Source of the DNA: Eledone cirrhosa
Taxonomy: Eukaryota
Assembly: GCA_964016885.1 (NCBI GenBank)
Contig: OZ024747.1
Span: forward strand, 92,876,001-92,940,000
Direction of reading: 5' to 3'
DNA length: 64,000 nt
The notes below the pieces were generated by a model. It made no database searches, was not told the DNA's origin, and worked only from the letters and a program-made list of their open reading frames with translations. Positions 40,481 through 54,777 of this stretch are shown in pieces (positions within the stretch are counted from its first letter, which is position 1; each line of letters opens with the position of its first letter). The position numbers and the translations under genes were made by a program.

Positions 40481-42006
40481 CAGTCTATCTGCCGATCCAT
40501 GAATATATATATATATGTGTATGTGTGTGTATATACCTATATCCATGTATGTATGTGTGTGTGCCGGCATGGAAAAGTAGGCGTTAAACGGGGATGATGA
40601 TATATATATATATACATATATATGTGTGTGTGTACTATATTTATTTACACACTTAATTCTTAGAAAAAAAATCAGTAGAAATAAGAATATTTATAAAAAT
40701 GTAATTATAATGGAATAAGCAGGAAAGCTATTATAATTCATTAAAAAAAGGAAAATAAACAATATACTCTTCTATACTTTTTAAGGTGGGTGAAGAAAAT
40801 ATTAGAAAAAATATTCATATTAACAAGAAATAAATAATAAAATAGTGATATTTCTAATCATGTAAGATTGATACAATTTCCCCAAAGTATACTTAAATTT
40901 CATCTACATAGAATGAACCATACCCAAAGCTATTTCTATAAAAATGAATAAATAAATAAAAAATAAAAACAGAAAAAAAAATTAATTATTAATTCAGTAT
41001 CATTTGATTCTAAAATGTTAGCCATTCACATCATTTCACCAATTCTAAAATTTATTTGCTTAATAGAGAATATTTCAATTATTGATGTAAGAAATATTTA
41101 CTGCAATTTTGAAACAATGATTAAAGTATTTCTCAAGAGTTCTTATTCAAAAATATAATATATTTATTATACAATTACTGTAGTCAGTATAGTCATACTA
41201 AATTCTTCTAAACTACTTTGATTAAAATGAAAAAGAAAAAAAAATTAAACAATGCTATTAAAGAGCTTCTGTTGAAATTCACTTTATACCTGACCAATAT
41301 GTGTGTATGTGTGAGTGTGAGTGTGTGAGTGTGTGAATGTGAGTGTGTGATGTGTGTAACAATGCTATTAAAGAACTGTTGAAATTCACTTTATACCTGA
41401 CCAATAATATGTGTTAGTGTGTGAGTGTATGTGTGGTATGTGTAAGTATGCATGTGTGTATGAATGTATGTGAGTGTGTGTGTCAGTGTGAGTGTGTGCA
41501 AATGTATGTGTGTATGTATAATAGTATGTGTGTGTATGGATGTGTGTATGTGTGTATATGTGTATGTGTGTATATGTATTGAATACATTTAAAGTCCCTT
41601 GTTTAATTAAGTCAACTTTTGACTGAATCTTATTGTTGTATATTCATAATATTCTTTATTGCTACTACTTCTATTCCATCTCAAACATATCCAATACAAT
41701 CTATGTTCCATCTACTCTAGGTACTTTATATACTCTTGTAGATATTTCTTTAACAAATACAAACTCTTGGCATTAATTGCATAAGACAATTGAATCCAAA
41801 TGTTGGAAAGAGTTTACAAACAATTTATTTATATAGTCTTTTCATATTCATATTAAAAATGAAAAAATGAGGCAGGTCTAGAATGGTATCCTAATTTACA
41901 AACCTCAGAAACTGGAGAAAAATGAAAAAAGAATTGACGTATATAATAGGAAAATAAAATGTTTGAAATACATGAGTTAACCAATGAAAACCTATCTAAG
42001 TTTAGA

Positions 42007-42189
42007 TAATTGTTTCTACTTTAGGCACAAGGCCAGCAATTACCCAGTGCATTACTGGTACTTTATTTTATCGACTCCGTAAGGATGAAAGGCAAAGTCA
42101 ACCTCGGCGGGATTTGAACTCAGATCATAAAGGGACGTAACTATGCTGGAAAGCATGGCATCTGACCCTCTACTGATACTGCCAATCCA
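42007..42189 (-). mobile_element. Family A SINE
   Basis: Near consensus. Confidence 0.92.
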
Positions 42190-43019
42190 TAATAAAAAAG
42201 AATTTGATGGACATTGGTTGAGAAGTTCATTTTACAACTATATGACTCCAAGTGCATAAAGTGTTGGGTAAATGTATTCTATCATAGCTATCAGGTCACA
42301 ACCATATAACTTCAAGTGTAATACCACTGCATAAAGTGTTGGGTAAATGTATTCTATCATAGCCACCAGGTCGACATTCAACAGTCTTGGTTGATAGTAA
42401 ATGAGAAGATTATTGGATGCACAATCCACCAATAATAATTATTTATTTTTCACAAGAAAAATAACCCAAATATAAATGAATCAACCCCAACATATTACTA
42501 GTATTATTTGATCAATCTCAAATATAACATCAACAAAACTGACATCATTATTCTTGTTATGCCATTTTTTTCTGACCTCGTTTAGTCAGAACTGCACATG
42601 TCTTAGAACAGCACTATCTGAAATCATTTCCAATGTGAAGCCTAACAGTTTAAGGACTGATAAAGCTTACCAATATTTTCAGAGCTTAGAAATTGATCGA
42701 TATTAGTGGATTAAAAACCTAATTGGATATTGTACAATGTTACAAATCCTCTTATTATATATCAATTATTAAATAGTGATTATTAATCATTACCATTTTT
42801 CATTAGTATCTTTTTATTCAAAATATTTTACATTCCTCTATATTACTTTTACAATTGTGATGATGTATTTCTTCTTTTTTAATGTCAATTAAGAGCCCCT
42901 CCTTCCTTTCTGGTCTTTCACTTACAATATTTAAAATCTATAGAGCTGAAAAATAGTAATTTTTTACTGGAAACCAGTCAAAAAGGTTGATGTTTCATAT
43001 ATGGTAATTAACCAAGTTA

Positions 43020-43260
43020 GCTGACAAACAGCGTGAATTTTTCCCAGGACATAACACAGCCAACCAAATATTTACTCTGAGGCAGGTCTTCAAGAAATCA
43101 TGCTGATAAGTGTATACTTGTTTTGTAGGCTTGAAAAAGCATACAACCACATTCTATGGGGTTTGTTGTGGAAGGTTCTGCAGAACTATTTGGAATTGAT
43201 GGCCAAATGTCCTGGAATTTGTGTTTAGATAAATGGTCTTAAGTCAAAACCATTCAGGAA
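43020..43260 (+). mobile_element. RTE-clade RT fragment
   Basis: NQIFTLRQVFKK, then YTCFVGL-KAYNHILWGLLWKVLQNY (~DQIFTLRQ / CFVDLEKAYDRV), frameshifted. Confidence 0.75.
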
Positions 43261-44411
43261 AACAACCAAAATAAATAATTAGTGACCCTTTCTAGCTACA
43301 GAACAGAACTTTGAAATAGACTGTATGTCATCTTTTGACTAGGTACAAGGCCATATATTTCAGGGGAGAGGAAATAGTAAGTTATGATGTTCATAACCTT
43401 TCATATGGCATTAGCAGCATGAATGAAATGAAATAGTTTAACAAGAGCAGAAACCACATCACAAGGTCAATATGTTGGAGTTTTACCTTTTGCCATATGG
43501 CACTTGCCACTAACTGCTGAAAAATGTTGCTTACAATTATCTAGTGTAGTTATGATAGCATATTGATATCATAATTTTAACAAATATATTTTTATCTAGT
43601 TATCCAACAGAATGTTTTTTTTTATATTTTCTATTCTCAAAGAGAAAGACACCTGACCATAAGATAGTGCCTCAGAAAGGTGATTAGTTTGAAGCCTTTC
43701 ATGTAGCCTGCAACTCCCTGCTTTAGCAAGAAAAATGGCCTTAAAACAATTGTAGTTGTTGTGTATGAATGGAACAGTTTGCAAATTAGGACATCTGTTT
43801 GTGAATTGTTAATTCACAAATGATTTCCCTGCAGCTAACTATAAAATACAAGTTGCACCTATTTCCAAGTACATAGTTGACTCAATAAGTTTTGAATTCA
43901 TAAGTTTATGCCTTAGTATTTTTGATTTTACAATAACTGTGCACTATAATAGAGCATAACATATAATCATTTGTAATGCTTTCAATAGTAATATAATACA
44001 ATATAGATGCACAGAGGAAGCATTGAAATAATAGTATTACAAAATAAATTAGATACAATTTTCTTTTCTAAAAACATTAAATGATAAATAAATAATGAAT
44101 ATAAATTATAAACATAGCTTAAAATGAACAAATGATAGTAAGTACATTAGAGATCTATAAACACTATCTAATTTATTAACAATGGCTATCTAATTTGATA
44201 AATGTAGTTGTTTTTTTTTTCCAAGGAAAAAGTAAAGCTTAACCATAATAGAATGAAATCTTAATTTTTTTCAGAATTAAATAAAAATAGTAAATAGATT
44301 ATATTCTTCCTCCTGGCTCTTCATTTCAGAGTATGTGCTCCTCTTGATGTGTGCAGAACAGCAGCCACTAATTAGCTGCATTCTTGGGCTATCAGCAACG
44401 ACTGATGTTTA

Positions 44412-44848
44412 TTAACCATTTAGCATTTAAACCGGCAGTTTCTGGCCAGAATTTCCTCACCTCTTTCTGTTCAAGCCAGTCGTAACTGGTCACTCCAGTT
44501 AACTTATGCTAAGGTATTGTTCTCAAAATAATTAATATCAAAATCTCATAGATTCGAAACTATGTGAGATAATCATATGAGATAAAGCCTTTACAGTGGA
44601 AATACAATAGTAAATATAGAGTAATGTAAAAGCTAAAGGGTTAAACCAGCCGTATCCGATCAGAACTATCTCACCTGTTCCTACTGGCTGTAACCAGCTG
44701 CTCATACTGACGTTAAGGTATTGTTCTCAAAATAGATAATATCAAAATCTCAAAGATTCGATATTGTGTGAGATAATTATGTGAGACAAAGCATTTACCG
44801 GGAAAATATAATAGTATATATAAAGTATTGTAAATGCTAAAGGATTAA
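44412..44848 (+). mobile_element. Head-to-tail dimer of family C piggyBac MITE
   Basis: Two copies joined at gggTTAAaccagcc (44641). Confidence 0.85.
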
Positions 44849-45353
44849 TGTCCATCAGGCAATGAAAGCAATATACTGAATGTAAGGTCTTCTCTACAAA
44901 ATTTTTATTGCAGCTATATCTTAGATCTCTTACTGTAAGTTAACACTCAGAATAGAAATGTGAACAAAAGTCATAATCTCTTTAAATATGCTGGGATCTC
45001 TACACCTTTCCTATTCACTAATCTTCATCCATATTCATATTTCAACAGATAAAAATTTATAGCCATCCAAAATGTTAAAATCTCAGCATCACACAAAGGA
45101 ATTCTTTACATTAGCATCTTCATAATCTTTCCTTTTAGACTCATGAGGCTGTTCTTGTGGCACCAGAAAGATGGAAACATTGTTGGTTTTAATGGATATT
45201 TATTTAAACTGAAGAACTAGAGCAATATCATCTCATTTTTAGATTTTGATCTCCAGCATATTTTCTTAGCATTCAGTCTTGGTATCCACATTTCAAATAG
45301 CTGAAATCCCAGTCAAAATATTTCAGTGGTGTGAATGTCAATAATAATAAAAA

Positions 45354-45545
45354 TAATTGTTTCTACTTTAGGCACAAGGCCAGCAATTACCCAGTGCATT
45401 ACTGGTACTTTATTTTATCGACCCCATAAGGATGAAAGGCAAAGTTAACCTCGGCGGGATTTGAACTCAGCATGGCAAGGGCCATAACTCTCTACGTCAA
45501 AGCATGGCGTCCAACCCTCTACCGATACTGCCGATCCACCGCCCT
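45354..45545 (-). mobile_element. Family A SINE, full length, in an (AAT)n tract
   Basis: Near consensus. Confidence 0.92.
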
Positions 45546-45589
45546 TATAATAATAATAATAATAGTAATCGGCATTGTCATCACTGTCA

Positions 45590-45770
45590 TCATCATCATC
45601 ATCATCAATATTATCACCACCATTTAATGTCTATTTTCCATGCTTACATGGGTTAGATAGGTTGGCCCATACTGAGGTGACTACATTTTGCTCACATTGG
45701 TGTGCTTTTGGCTTGGTTTCTATAGCTGGATGTCCTTTCTAATGCCAACCACTTTAAATTGTATACTGGC
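45590..45770 (-). mobile_element. Family B SINE, degenerate
   Basis: (CAT)n plus reverse core. Confidence 0.75.
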
Positions 45771-45909
45771 ACCTAATACATTGCACAAAATTATATTTTG
45801 TTCCCATATTGGTTTAATTTACTGATGAATATTTTCTAGTTGATGAAAATGTATACTTATTAAAAAAGGAATATGATAAGCTTCTTTCCTGACCAATTCC
45901 ACTGTTAGG

Positions 45910-46118
45910 AACATGGCAGTATTAACAGCACAATCATTAGAACATCAGACAAAATGTGTTGTGGTATTTAGTTACCTACATTCAAATCTCACTGAGGTCA
46001 ACTTTGTATTGCATCCTTCTATGGGGTCAATAGAATTACTAGTCAAGTACTGGAGTCGTTTTAATCAACTATACCCCACAACAAGTGTGTGGCTGTATGC
46101 CAATGTGAGATACCAATA
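45910..46118 (+). mobile_element. Old family A-related SINE
   Basis: ttcaaatctcactgaggtcaactttg…catcc…ggggtcaat…accaata. Confidence 0.6.
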
Positions 46119-46469
46119 TTCTTTCATGCAGTGCTTTGCTGATTCTGATATAGCAATCAAAGCAATGAAATAGACATGAAACAGCTTACTTTTATATGTT
46201 GCCAAACAGATGAGTATGAGTCATAATATTGAATACCTTATTACAGTTTCAGAAGAAGACTTTATCTTGATTCTAGCACATTCTCCACAAGCTAGTGTGT
46301 AAAACCCATCACAATTAAGGTGCTTCTGCTGCGAAAAATTTAGTTTTGTTTCTCAGAAATCTAAAGATATATTTTGTTTTTTATGTTGACAGATCAAAGC
46401 AACTGTGTGGAGTTAGTGCAGTATCTAGGATTGTTAGGCTACCACATATTTGTCATATATATATACATG

Positions 46470-46624
46470 GGCGGAGGTGGTGAGAGCTGACCTCAGATCA
46501 CTGAAGCTCACAGAGATGATAAAGGACTGTGACGAATTGAGAGATGCTGTGCTGAAGAGGACCCATCCTACTCTTGCAAGCAAGGAAATTCACAAGTAAA
46601 ATGATGATGATGATGATGATGATA
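46470..46624 (+). mobile_element. RTE-like LINE 3' end sharing its tail with family B SINE
   Basis: ADLRSLKLTEMIKDCDELRDAVLKRT, then cttgcaagcaaggaaa…gtaaaa(tga)n. Confidence 0.65.
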
Positions 46625-47025
46625 TATATATATGTGTGCGCGTGTGTGTGCTGCAGACCAGTCAATGAAACTGCAGTAGGGCCTTCGAAGAAAAAATAGG
46701 TAATTCTTTGTCTATTCTCTCATCGCATTTATAATTATATATATGTATTAATTATATATATTATATATATAATTATATATACGGTGGGGGTGAATTGGGA
46801 CTCACAAGGGAACGGGCAAAGAATTCAAGAGCACACGCGCATGTCCGTTCCCATGTCGATTCAATTTGGATTGCCTCGGAAACATAACCTTATTATGTAA
46901 GGAGCTGTCTGATGATGTCACGGCACTGGGTACACCGAACCGTGTGGCCACTGTTGTCATTGAAATATGTATGACAACATTATCATTAAAGGACTTTAAC
47001 ATCTGAAACTACTTCGCTTTTTCTT

Positions 47026-47079
<54 letters not shown>

Positions 47080-47132
47080 ACCCTTGCAAGCAGGGAAAAG
47101 CGGACGTAAAATGATGATGATGATGATGATGA

Positions 47133-47166
<34 letters not shown>

Positions 47167-48015
47167 CTTAAAATGCTTGGAGAAAATTAAACACTTTCAT
47201 CAACTAGAAAACTAGAACATGTTCATTAGTAAATCAAATTTTAACAAGACAACCAATAAGGGAACAAGAGATAATTTTGTGCAATGCATAAGTGCTAGGC
47301 TTTCTCTACTTCTCAACTATAGTCAGTCATTCTAGTTCTTTACCATCTTTGTTAATTTCTTGTGCTTACCACTAAATTCAGAGATTTTTATAAATAGAAT
47401 TCTCTCAGACAAAAATCACCATATTTAAAGCTCTCTTTGTCATCTATAACTGACACACTTGCACAACAAATTACTGTTTCTATGGGTACTAGAACTTTCC
47501 ACCAAACAGTGTTTCATTGAACATCTTTTATTTGATACATTATCAATACGATTTCTCACCAAAGCAACTTTTCATAAAATACTTTTGTAAATAAATTATT
47601 TAGTGCAATTAATTTTTTTGTCTACAGTAATGTAACTTGTGTTTGTTGACATTATAATGCTGTGAATAAATGACTAAAGAATGTTGTACTTGCATATCAT
47701 GCTGTTAATAATCAAATTAACCAATTATCTGAGAGCTGTAGCACATAATTTATGAAAATGATACAGGGAAAATATTTGAATTTATGATTTGTTTGTTTTT
47801 TTGCATGGAAATTCTATTTTTATTTTATATTAAAAATTATTCTATGTTTAAAGATTATTCCACAAAATATTATTTTATATAAAACTATTCACTTTAACAT
47901 GGAGTTGTGAAGTCTCTCCTCTCTCTAGCTTTATTATTATTTCGATTATTATTGTGGACAATAAAGAAAGAATTATTATCATTATTAGTATTATCATTAT
48001 CATTATTATTATTAT

Positions 48016-48128
48016 TCAAATCCCACCCAGGTTAACTTTGCCTTTCATCCTTACAGGGTCGATAAAATAAAGTACCAGTAATACACTGTTATAATTGCTG
48101 GCCTTGTGCCCAAAGTAAAAACAATTAT
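48016..48128 (+). mobile_element. 5'-truncated family A SINE in (ATT)n
   Basis: Core and tail match. Confidence 0.9.
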
Positions 48129-48147
48129 TATTATTATTTATTTTTCT

Positions 48148-48670
48148 TTTTGTTAAATAGTCTTTAGATTTTTAGATTTGAAACATCAGAGATGCAGAAT
48201 GAGCAAAAAAAAAGAAAAAAAAAATGAAAAATGTAAAAATCAATTTTTAAAAAAAATTCAGAAACTGACACAGGTTAGAGAATTTACAGCAGAAGTACAG
48301 TTCTTTTGTATATGAATATATTTGGTTTGCATTTGAAGTGTATAAATATATTTTGTTTGCATATTTGTCTTTATTAAATTGAGACTGAAACAATAGAATT
48401 TATAATTTTCAGAAAGTGAAACAGTTAATGCTTTCAATTGCAAACAAAATATATTTACACATTTCAAATGCAAATAAAATATATTTACATACAAAGAAAG
48501 GAAAAAAAGTACTGTAGCTGTGTGTACCATAACCATAATAAGTTTCTGATTTTAAAAATATAAAATTAATTTGGAACAAAAAAAGTCATTTAATTAAATT
48601 TGTTGCCTCATTTTTCAGATTCTCAATCTCTGATATTTGAAACATAAATATCTGATGACTGTTTAAAAAA
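48148..48670. repeat. Large old foldback element
   Basis: 48305-48361 pairs with 48439-48495. 48150-48200 pairs with 48615-48668. Confidence 0.75.
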
Positions 48671-50676
48671 AAAACATAATAAAAAGGTTAAAAACTTCAC
48701 CAAAATATATACCAAAAATTATTCTGAAAAGTTTTGATAAAAAGTCATTCAATGAAGTCTCACAATGGCTTCTGGGCTATGATTTTGTTATTCACTTATA
48801 TTACTGCCATAAGAGGTGCAAGAACTTACACAATCACTTAATTTCAGCCAAATGTATTGTATCAATCACTCACAAACAATGTGCTCTACAGCTGGTTTGT
48901 ATTCTCAGTCCATGTTTTTTACCCTTTATCTCTCAATGAGTATTTACCCTGAACTATTGAAACAGCATCTGCCCTAGCAAAGAAACTGCTCTAATTTTAT
49001 AGCTTTCACCTGCAAAATCTCCAAGTTAATGAAAACAATGATAAATAATTTGTTTTCAACACTTTGTTCTTTTTTCAATAACCATGAGTATTCATATTCA
49101 GCAAAGATCTCTTCTAATCTAAATACCAAGGGTTAGTTGTCTTAAAATGCATTAGAAAAAAAAAAAAATCTCAGTATTTCTAATAATCACCAACAAAGCC
49201 ATCAACCTTATCTGATATTAAAACCTTCTAATTGACTCAGAAGCATCGTGTGTCTCTATTACTCTATAAATTATCTTTCTCAATCTTGTTATGTTCTACA
49301 TTATTGACTTGCTGTCATTTCTGACCTCATTACACTTCACTCCTACCTACCCTGCACTCAAAAATTCATCCACATGCGACCTGAACACTTTTTCATAGAT
49401 GTACATATATAATGTGAATAATTCCCACAGAACATTTTTTCTTAGATTACATAGATAAATGTAAAAAAAAAACTCAAAAAATCATGGAGATATGGACATA
49501 TTCAAAATGTCTGCTCTCCGTTTTTGAGGATAGCTTCACTCCACCAGTCAATGGGGATTTGTAAAAGAGTCATGATCACTACTCTTCCACCTTTGACTAA
49601 GCTAGTGAAAAAAAGACAAAAACTAAAAGTAGCAATTCGATGATTAACTCCCTCCCCACAATAAGGTTTAACATTTTGTCAGGCAGTTTCTTGAAAAACA
49701 TCTAGAATGGTTGTCCACAAGTTGATTCATTGCATATTTCTAGTACAACTTAAAAGTAATTCTCTATAGCAAAATTTAATCCTTTTTAAAAAAATGTAAT
49801 TGCTTTCACAAGACATTTGAAGCCCGAGTCTCATCCTAAACAAAAAAAAATGTGATATCATTAAAGCGAAGTGTCCTTTTCCTTACATCTTACCTCTGTA
49901 TGACCTGCAGAGTTTAAATTGAGCAATAGTGAACATTCACACAGATCTTTAAAATTATAGCTTAAACATTTCATTAATCTTTTCTATCATATGAATTTCA
50001 ATCCTACTTGATATTTCAGCCAAAAGCAAAAATTGAGCTATATCAGTGAACCATGAGAAGAAGTAGATATTTAGATTTTTTTTTCTTTCATGATGTTCTA
50101 ACATACCTCAATTTTGGTATTTACTAGATTGATCTCGCCAATGGAAACCAACCGTAGTCTCCTCAAATCCTATTGATTCTATTTGACATTTATTCTGCAG
50201 TAAACTCTCAAAGTCAGTAATAGTTTTAGATATTCACATTAATGTTATCTTTTGCTTACATTTCTTTTCTTTTCTTTTACCCATTTATGATACAATCATC
50301 AACCACTAACTTCTATGGTTATTTCAATTTTAAATTCAATGTATTTAGATATTTCCATATTCTTTTGAACATTTGTTTATGTTGAAATCATATTTTTCTT
50401 GGTCTTTGTACATTATCATCAGCATCACTGTATCAGAACAACTATCTTTTGGTCAATTTTGTACCCTCACCCATCTTCTGATTTATACTATTTCGAAACC
50501 CCATTCTGTTCATGTCAGACTAAATCTTACACCATTACTGCAGTATATTTTCTTTACAATCTTTATTGAAAGATCATATTTAGAAAGGTTTACAAAATTT
50601 CAAGTAATGTTAATTTCAAGTAATGTTTATGACAGCTAGAAGAATTGTCACTCTTAGGCAACATTTCTTGTCTAAA

Positions 50677-50940
50677 GTCTGTCTCCAGCTATGAGGCTCC
50701 TCAGGCCAGTGCTTATCCTGGTTACGCAACGTGAAGCGACTGAGAGTACAAAACTCCGACCCTGGACAGGATGCCAGTCCATCACAGGCTTAAATCCCCA
50801 GCTATTATTGGTACTCATTTTTAGCTTAGCATACTGAAGCAATGTGAAATCAAGTGTTTTGCTCAAGAACTCAACACACAACCCAGCCCAGGAATCAAAC
50901 CCATGAGATCATTATCGTAAGTCCAACATTTCTAAGTACT
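50677..50940 (-). mobile_element. tRNA/CORE-type SINE with V-like domain
   Basis: Reverse of cttgagcaaaacacttgatttcacattgct (CORE-like) and gatggactggcatcctgtccaggg. Confidence 0.7.
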
Positions 50941-51141
50941 GGTCAAAATTAGTTCATAATTAGAAAATATTTCACCTGTAAAAAAAAAACAGTGTTACAT
51001 AACATAAACTCTAAACCAGAACTAAACAATTATGATAATGAAGTTGTACAATAGACTTACACATCACATTATACTAATTATTACATAATCAATACATGCA
51101 ATATATAATAAAGTTATTCAAAATAAATATGAGAGCTTTAC

Positions 51142-51247
51142 CTTTTCTATGGGACATCCAGAATTTAGCAACATCCCATGAGACTGACTAATGAGAAGTT
51201 GAAGAAGTTTGTCTTTCACATCATCAGTTGAGTTTGGTTTAGGTTGA
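51142..51247 (-). CDS. dve: Internal 106-nt exon of dve/SATB-like gene (first half of CUT-like domain)
   Basis: tttttttcag|TCAACC...GAAAAG|gtaaag. Translates (S)QPKPNSTDDVKDKLLQLLISQSHGMLLNSGCPIEK, phase 2 in and phase 0 out. Joined to NFLLSISKGEKLAMISEERRQAFNNWYK it aligns by eye with SATB1 CUTL (…[25 protein letters not shown]…CQEFGRWYK). Confidence 0.92.
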
Positions 51248-51485
51248 CTGAAAAAAACCCATTAAATTGATATTATCAATACATATTTTTAGTAGAAAAT
51301 TGAAAAAAAGCATAAATTTGTTGTTTTTTTTTTGGGGGGGGGGGGGGGTAATTTTATGTGGTTATCGCTTATATAGTGAAAAAGTTTGTCAAATACCTTT
51401 GAAAAATATGCATCAATCCAAGATGTGCAATAAGAAAATTCCACCATATAAATGAAATAAAGCCATTCTTAGTAAATTTGAAATT

Positions 51486-51640
51486 TGGCATTAGGAAGGG
51501 TATCCAGCCATAGAAACCTAGTCATTAATAGTTCTATATAAGACACAGTTACCTGACCCAACTCGCCTTGAATGGAAAAACCCCTCTAACCCACACTAGC
51601 ATGGAAAATGGACGTTAAACGATGATGATGATAATGATGA
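51486..51640 (+). mobile_element. Family B SINE fragment
   Basis: ttaggaagggtatccagcc core plus (GAT)n tail. Confidence 0.8.
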
Positions 51641-52314
51641 AAGATATATCTGAGATCTATCTCAGAAAGGAAAGATATTTTCAAGACTATATTGAATGAA
51701 TGAAAATGGTTAATCCTTCACTTTCACAGGTAATCACAAAGTCAATGCTCAGATTTAGGTGAGCTAATGTCAATATGTCAAATAGTAAATAAAAACTTGC
51801 AGCTGATATAGGAAGTGACAATTCAATACATTTTTTTAACAAATTAAAATTTACACTATTATTTATATAATTTCTTTTAAGAAATGTCAACTTCACTAAT
51901 ACAATACTAATAGAGTATAATTTGATTTAGTAAATTGATGTAAGAGGTTCACAACTAGATTACTGGAGTAACAGATTATGAAAAATGACTTGAGAAATTA
52001 TAATAGCATGATCTTAGTACTTGTTTCATTTAAGCCATAAAACATTCAAAAGGTAATACTTGATATTGGCGACAAAATTATAGAATTATGACATGTAATT
52101 AAAGCTGAGTGAAGTTATTTTGTTCATACAAATCCAATTTGTACAAGCTTGGAAAAATAAAAGTGATTTAAATTGATCAAGACAATATTCTTAAAAAATT
52201 CTATTTGCAATTTCAACAGCTTCCAATTATGTGTTTTATTATACTTGAGGTCATTTGTTCATGTCAGTATTAACTCACCCTTATAATACTTTATAGTTTT
52301 TCTGACATCTAACT

Positions 52315-52512
52315 ATAACCCTTTAGCATTTAAACCAGCTGTATCCAGCCAGAATTCTCTCACCTCTTTCTGTTCAAACCGGCCATAACTAGCCGCTCAT
52401 ACCAATGTTAAGATATTGTTGTCAAAATAAATGATATCAAAATCTCGTAGATTCGATATTATGTGAGATTTTATGTGAAAATATATAGAGTAATGTAAAT
52501 GCTAAGGGTTAA
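52315..52512 (+). mobile_element. Family C piggyBac MITE
   Basis: CCCTTTAGCATTTA … ATGCTAAGGG|TTAA. Confidence 0.88.
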
Positions 52513-54777
52513 GTGGTTTATCAATTTAACAATTACACAACTACTATACATTAACCAAATAAGACTAATTTAAAAGTATAGTTATATAATAATATATTAA
52601 ACTAATATTGTTACAATGCTCAGATATATTTAGGATGAAAAGTGACCAAGTATTTATAAATATACTTAGTCTATTTTAGAATCCCATGAAAGAAGAACTA
52701 AATATGTTTATATTCTTTCTTACTTCAAAATGAAAATATATATTTATTTACAAGCAATCAATAACAATCAATGACTTAGCAAAGTATTGTGCCTGTAGAG
52801 GGTTAAAATATAATACAAAATTTACAAAACTGAATATTAACACCACTGATATATCACACTTCTATTATTATATTTGTAATGAAAGACACTATTTATGATT
52901 CTCAAATGATTTTGAGAAGAATCAAGAATTTGGAGGTATTTAAGAATATAATTTTTTCATTTTTAAGCTGGTGTTTAGAACGTAGCTTAACAAAGCACCA
53001 GAGGTGGTTTCAGGCAGTTTGGTATCAAAAGGGTTAAGTGTTTACTAAATACACAATCATCCCTGATTTAGCCGGATCCTCCTATCTGAAACTGAGAAAA
53101 AAATTTGGATTCAGGCCACTCCAATTACTGCATGTGTTTGAAAATTCAGTATCATTAAAACTACAATCCCACACAGATTATCCTCAAAATAAGATAGAAA
53201 ATAAACATATATGATTACAGAAATAAATTGTGTAATCACATTTTTGCCAGAGAATTGGAATGTTAAATTAGATCATTTAACATTAGGATTATATGATACT
53301 GACATCAATATTGATGATGATGAAAATAGAAAAAGAAAAGAGACCAAAAACAAAGACATCAGAAAAGAAGGCAATGATAGCAGCTGTTTTAATACAATTA
53401 CTTTTAACCTTATGGATACCAAAACTCCTAAAACCGGCTCTGGGCTTTTGATACAAAACTGTTGGTTTTAATGTGTTTATATTTATCTAAAAACATTCTT
53501 TCATAATTTTATGAAAGGACTTTTAAGCTATATTCTAAACATCAAAACTTGATAATGAGAGTTAATTAAATTAATTATATAACTAAATCTCTCCAAAATT
53601 TTTATTATTTTCAAAATTATTTGAAAACCATAGACTGGTGGTACTATTAAGTTAGACATGGCCAAAACCTATCAAAGTTATTAAAGTTAGAAATGTGCCA
53701 TTGAAAGGGTTAAAGAACAATTGTTTTTAAACAATAACACCTGATTATAATGATCATATTTCAGCTGAAAGTAAGGTTTTATAAAGTAATCAAGAGAGTT
53801 TTTTTTATCAACTTTATAACCTTTTGCAAGTGTTTCTACACTGCCTGAACCATATCTTTTTTTTATAAATATATGTCAATATATATAAATAACTATTTGT
53901 AGTTTTATTCTATTTTTTCAATATATTCATCATATATGGATCTGTCAGCAGAAAACAAAGTAGCTGCAGTTTTTATTCTCAGCAAAATAAAACTTATTTT
54001 AATTACTGTTATGCAATCTATGATCTCAGAAATCAGAAAACATGTAGAGCCTATATCTAGCCAAAAAAAATATATATATATGGACTACAATGAAATTTTA
54101 TACTTGGTCAGCATACACTTTTATTGGTCATTCTATGATGATTTATTTACTCCTAATATGATTGATGACCAGGCATTGTTTTAGTGCTGTTAACAGAAAA
54201 TGAATTAATGAAAATAGTATGTAATTACTTAAGAGTAAGAGAGAGAACTATTATTTTCCTTTTAATACATTCATTATGTTGAACATTTTTCTACACTCAA
54301 TGCATGGTGTTACTCGAGGGTGTTATATACAATGCAGTATATAACAAGAAGATAAAAAAATCTAACATTGTGGTCAAAATGGATGCCTTGCAACATTATT
54401 AGGAATTTACCAAAATAATAAAGTAATGGCTCACTTATTAAGTCAAATCCTTATATGATAATGAAAAGATACATTATTAATAAATGAGGAGTAGTTGAAA
54501 TTCAACATACTTTAAAAGTTACCAATGTTTTTTTTTGTTTTTTTTTTTGTTTGTTTTTAGATTATCTAAAGAAAAAAACAAAAACATCCAGATAATGGCT
54601 TCTAATTTTGGCATAAGCAATGCCTTTATAGAAAATATTGAAGGCATTTTATTATGGTACTAGTACTAGAGAGGTTGTCATGTCTTTGTCACAACTGAAG
54701 GGTCCTCCTAACTTTATCATTAGAAATCATAAATGGCTAACAGCCTTTCTATCAATCTTAAATTACTTTATTATTAA

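Noticed and set aside
46237-46328. Possible extra 92-nt minus-strand exon (cgcag|…AAG|gtattc) with an open frame
   Set aside because: It is not a multiple of 3 in a phase 0 intron and would split the CUT-like domain. At most a cryptic or poison exon.
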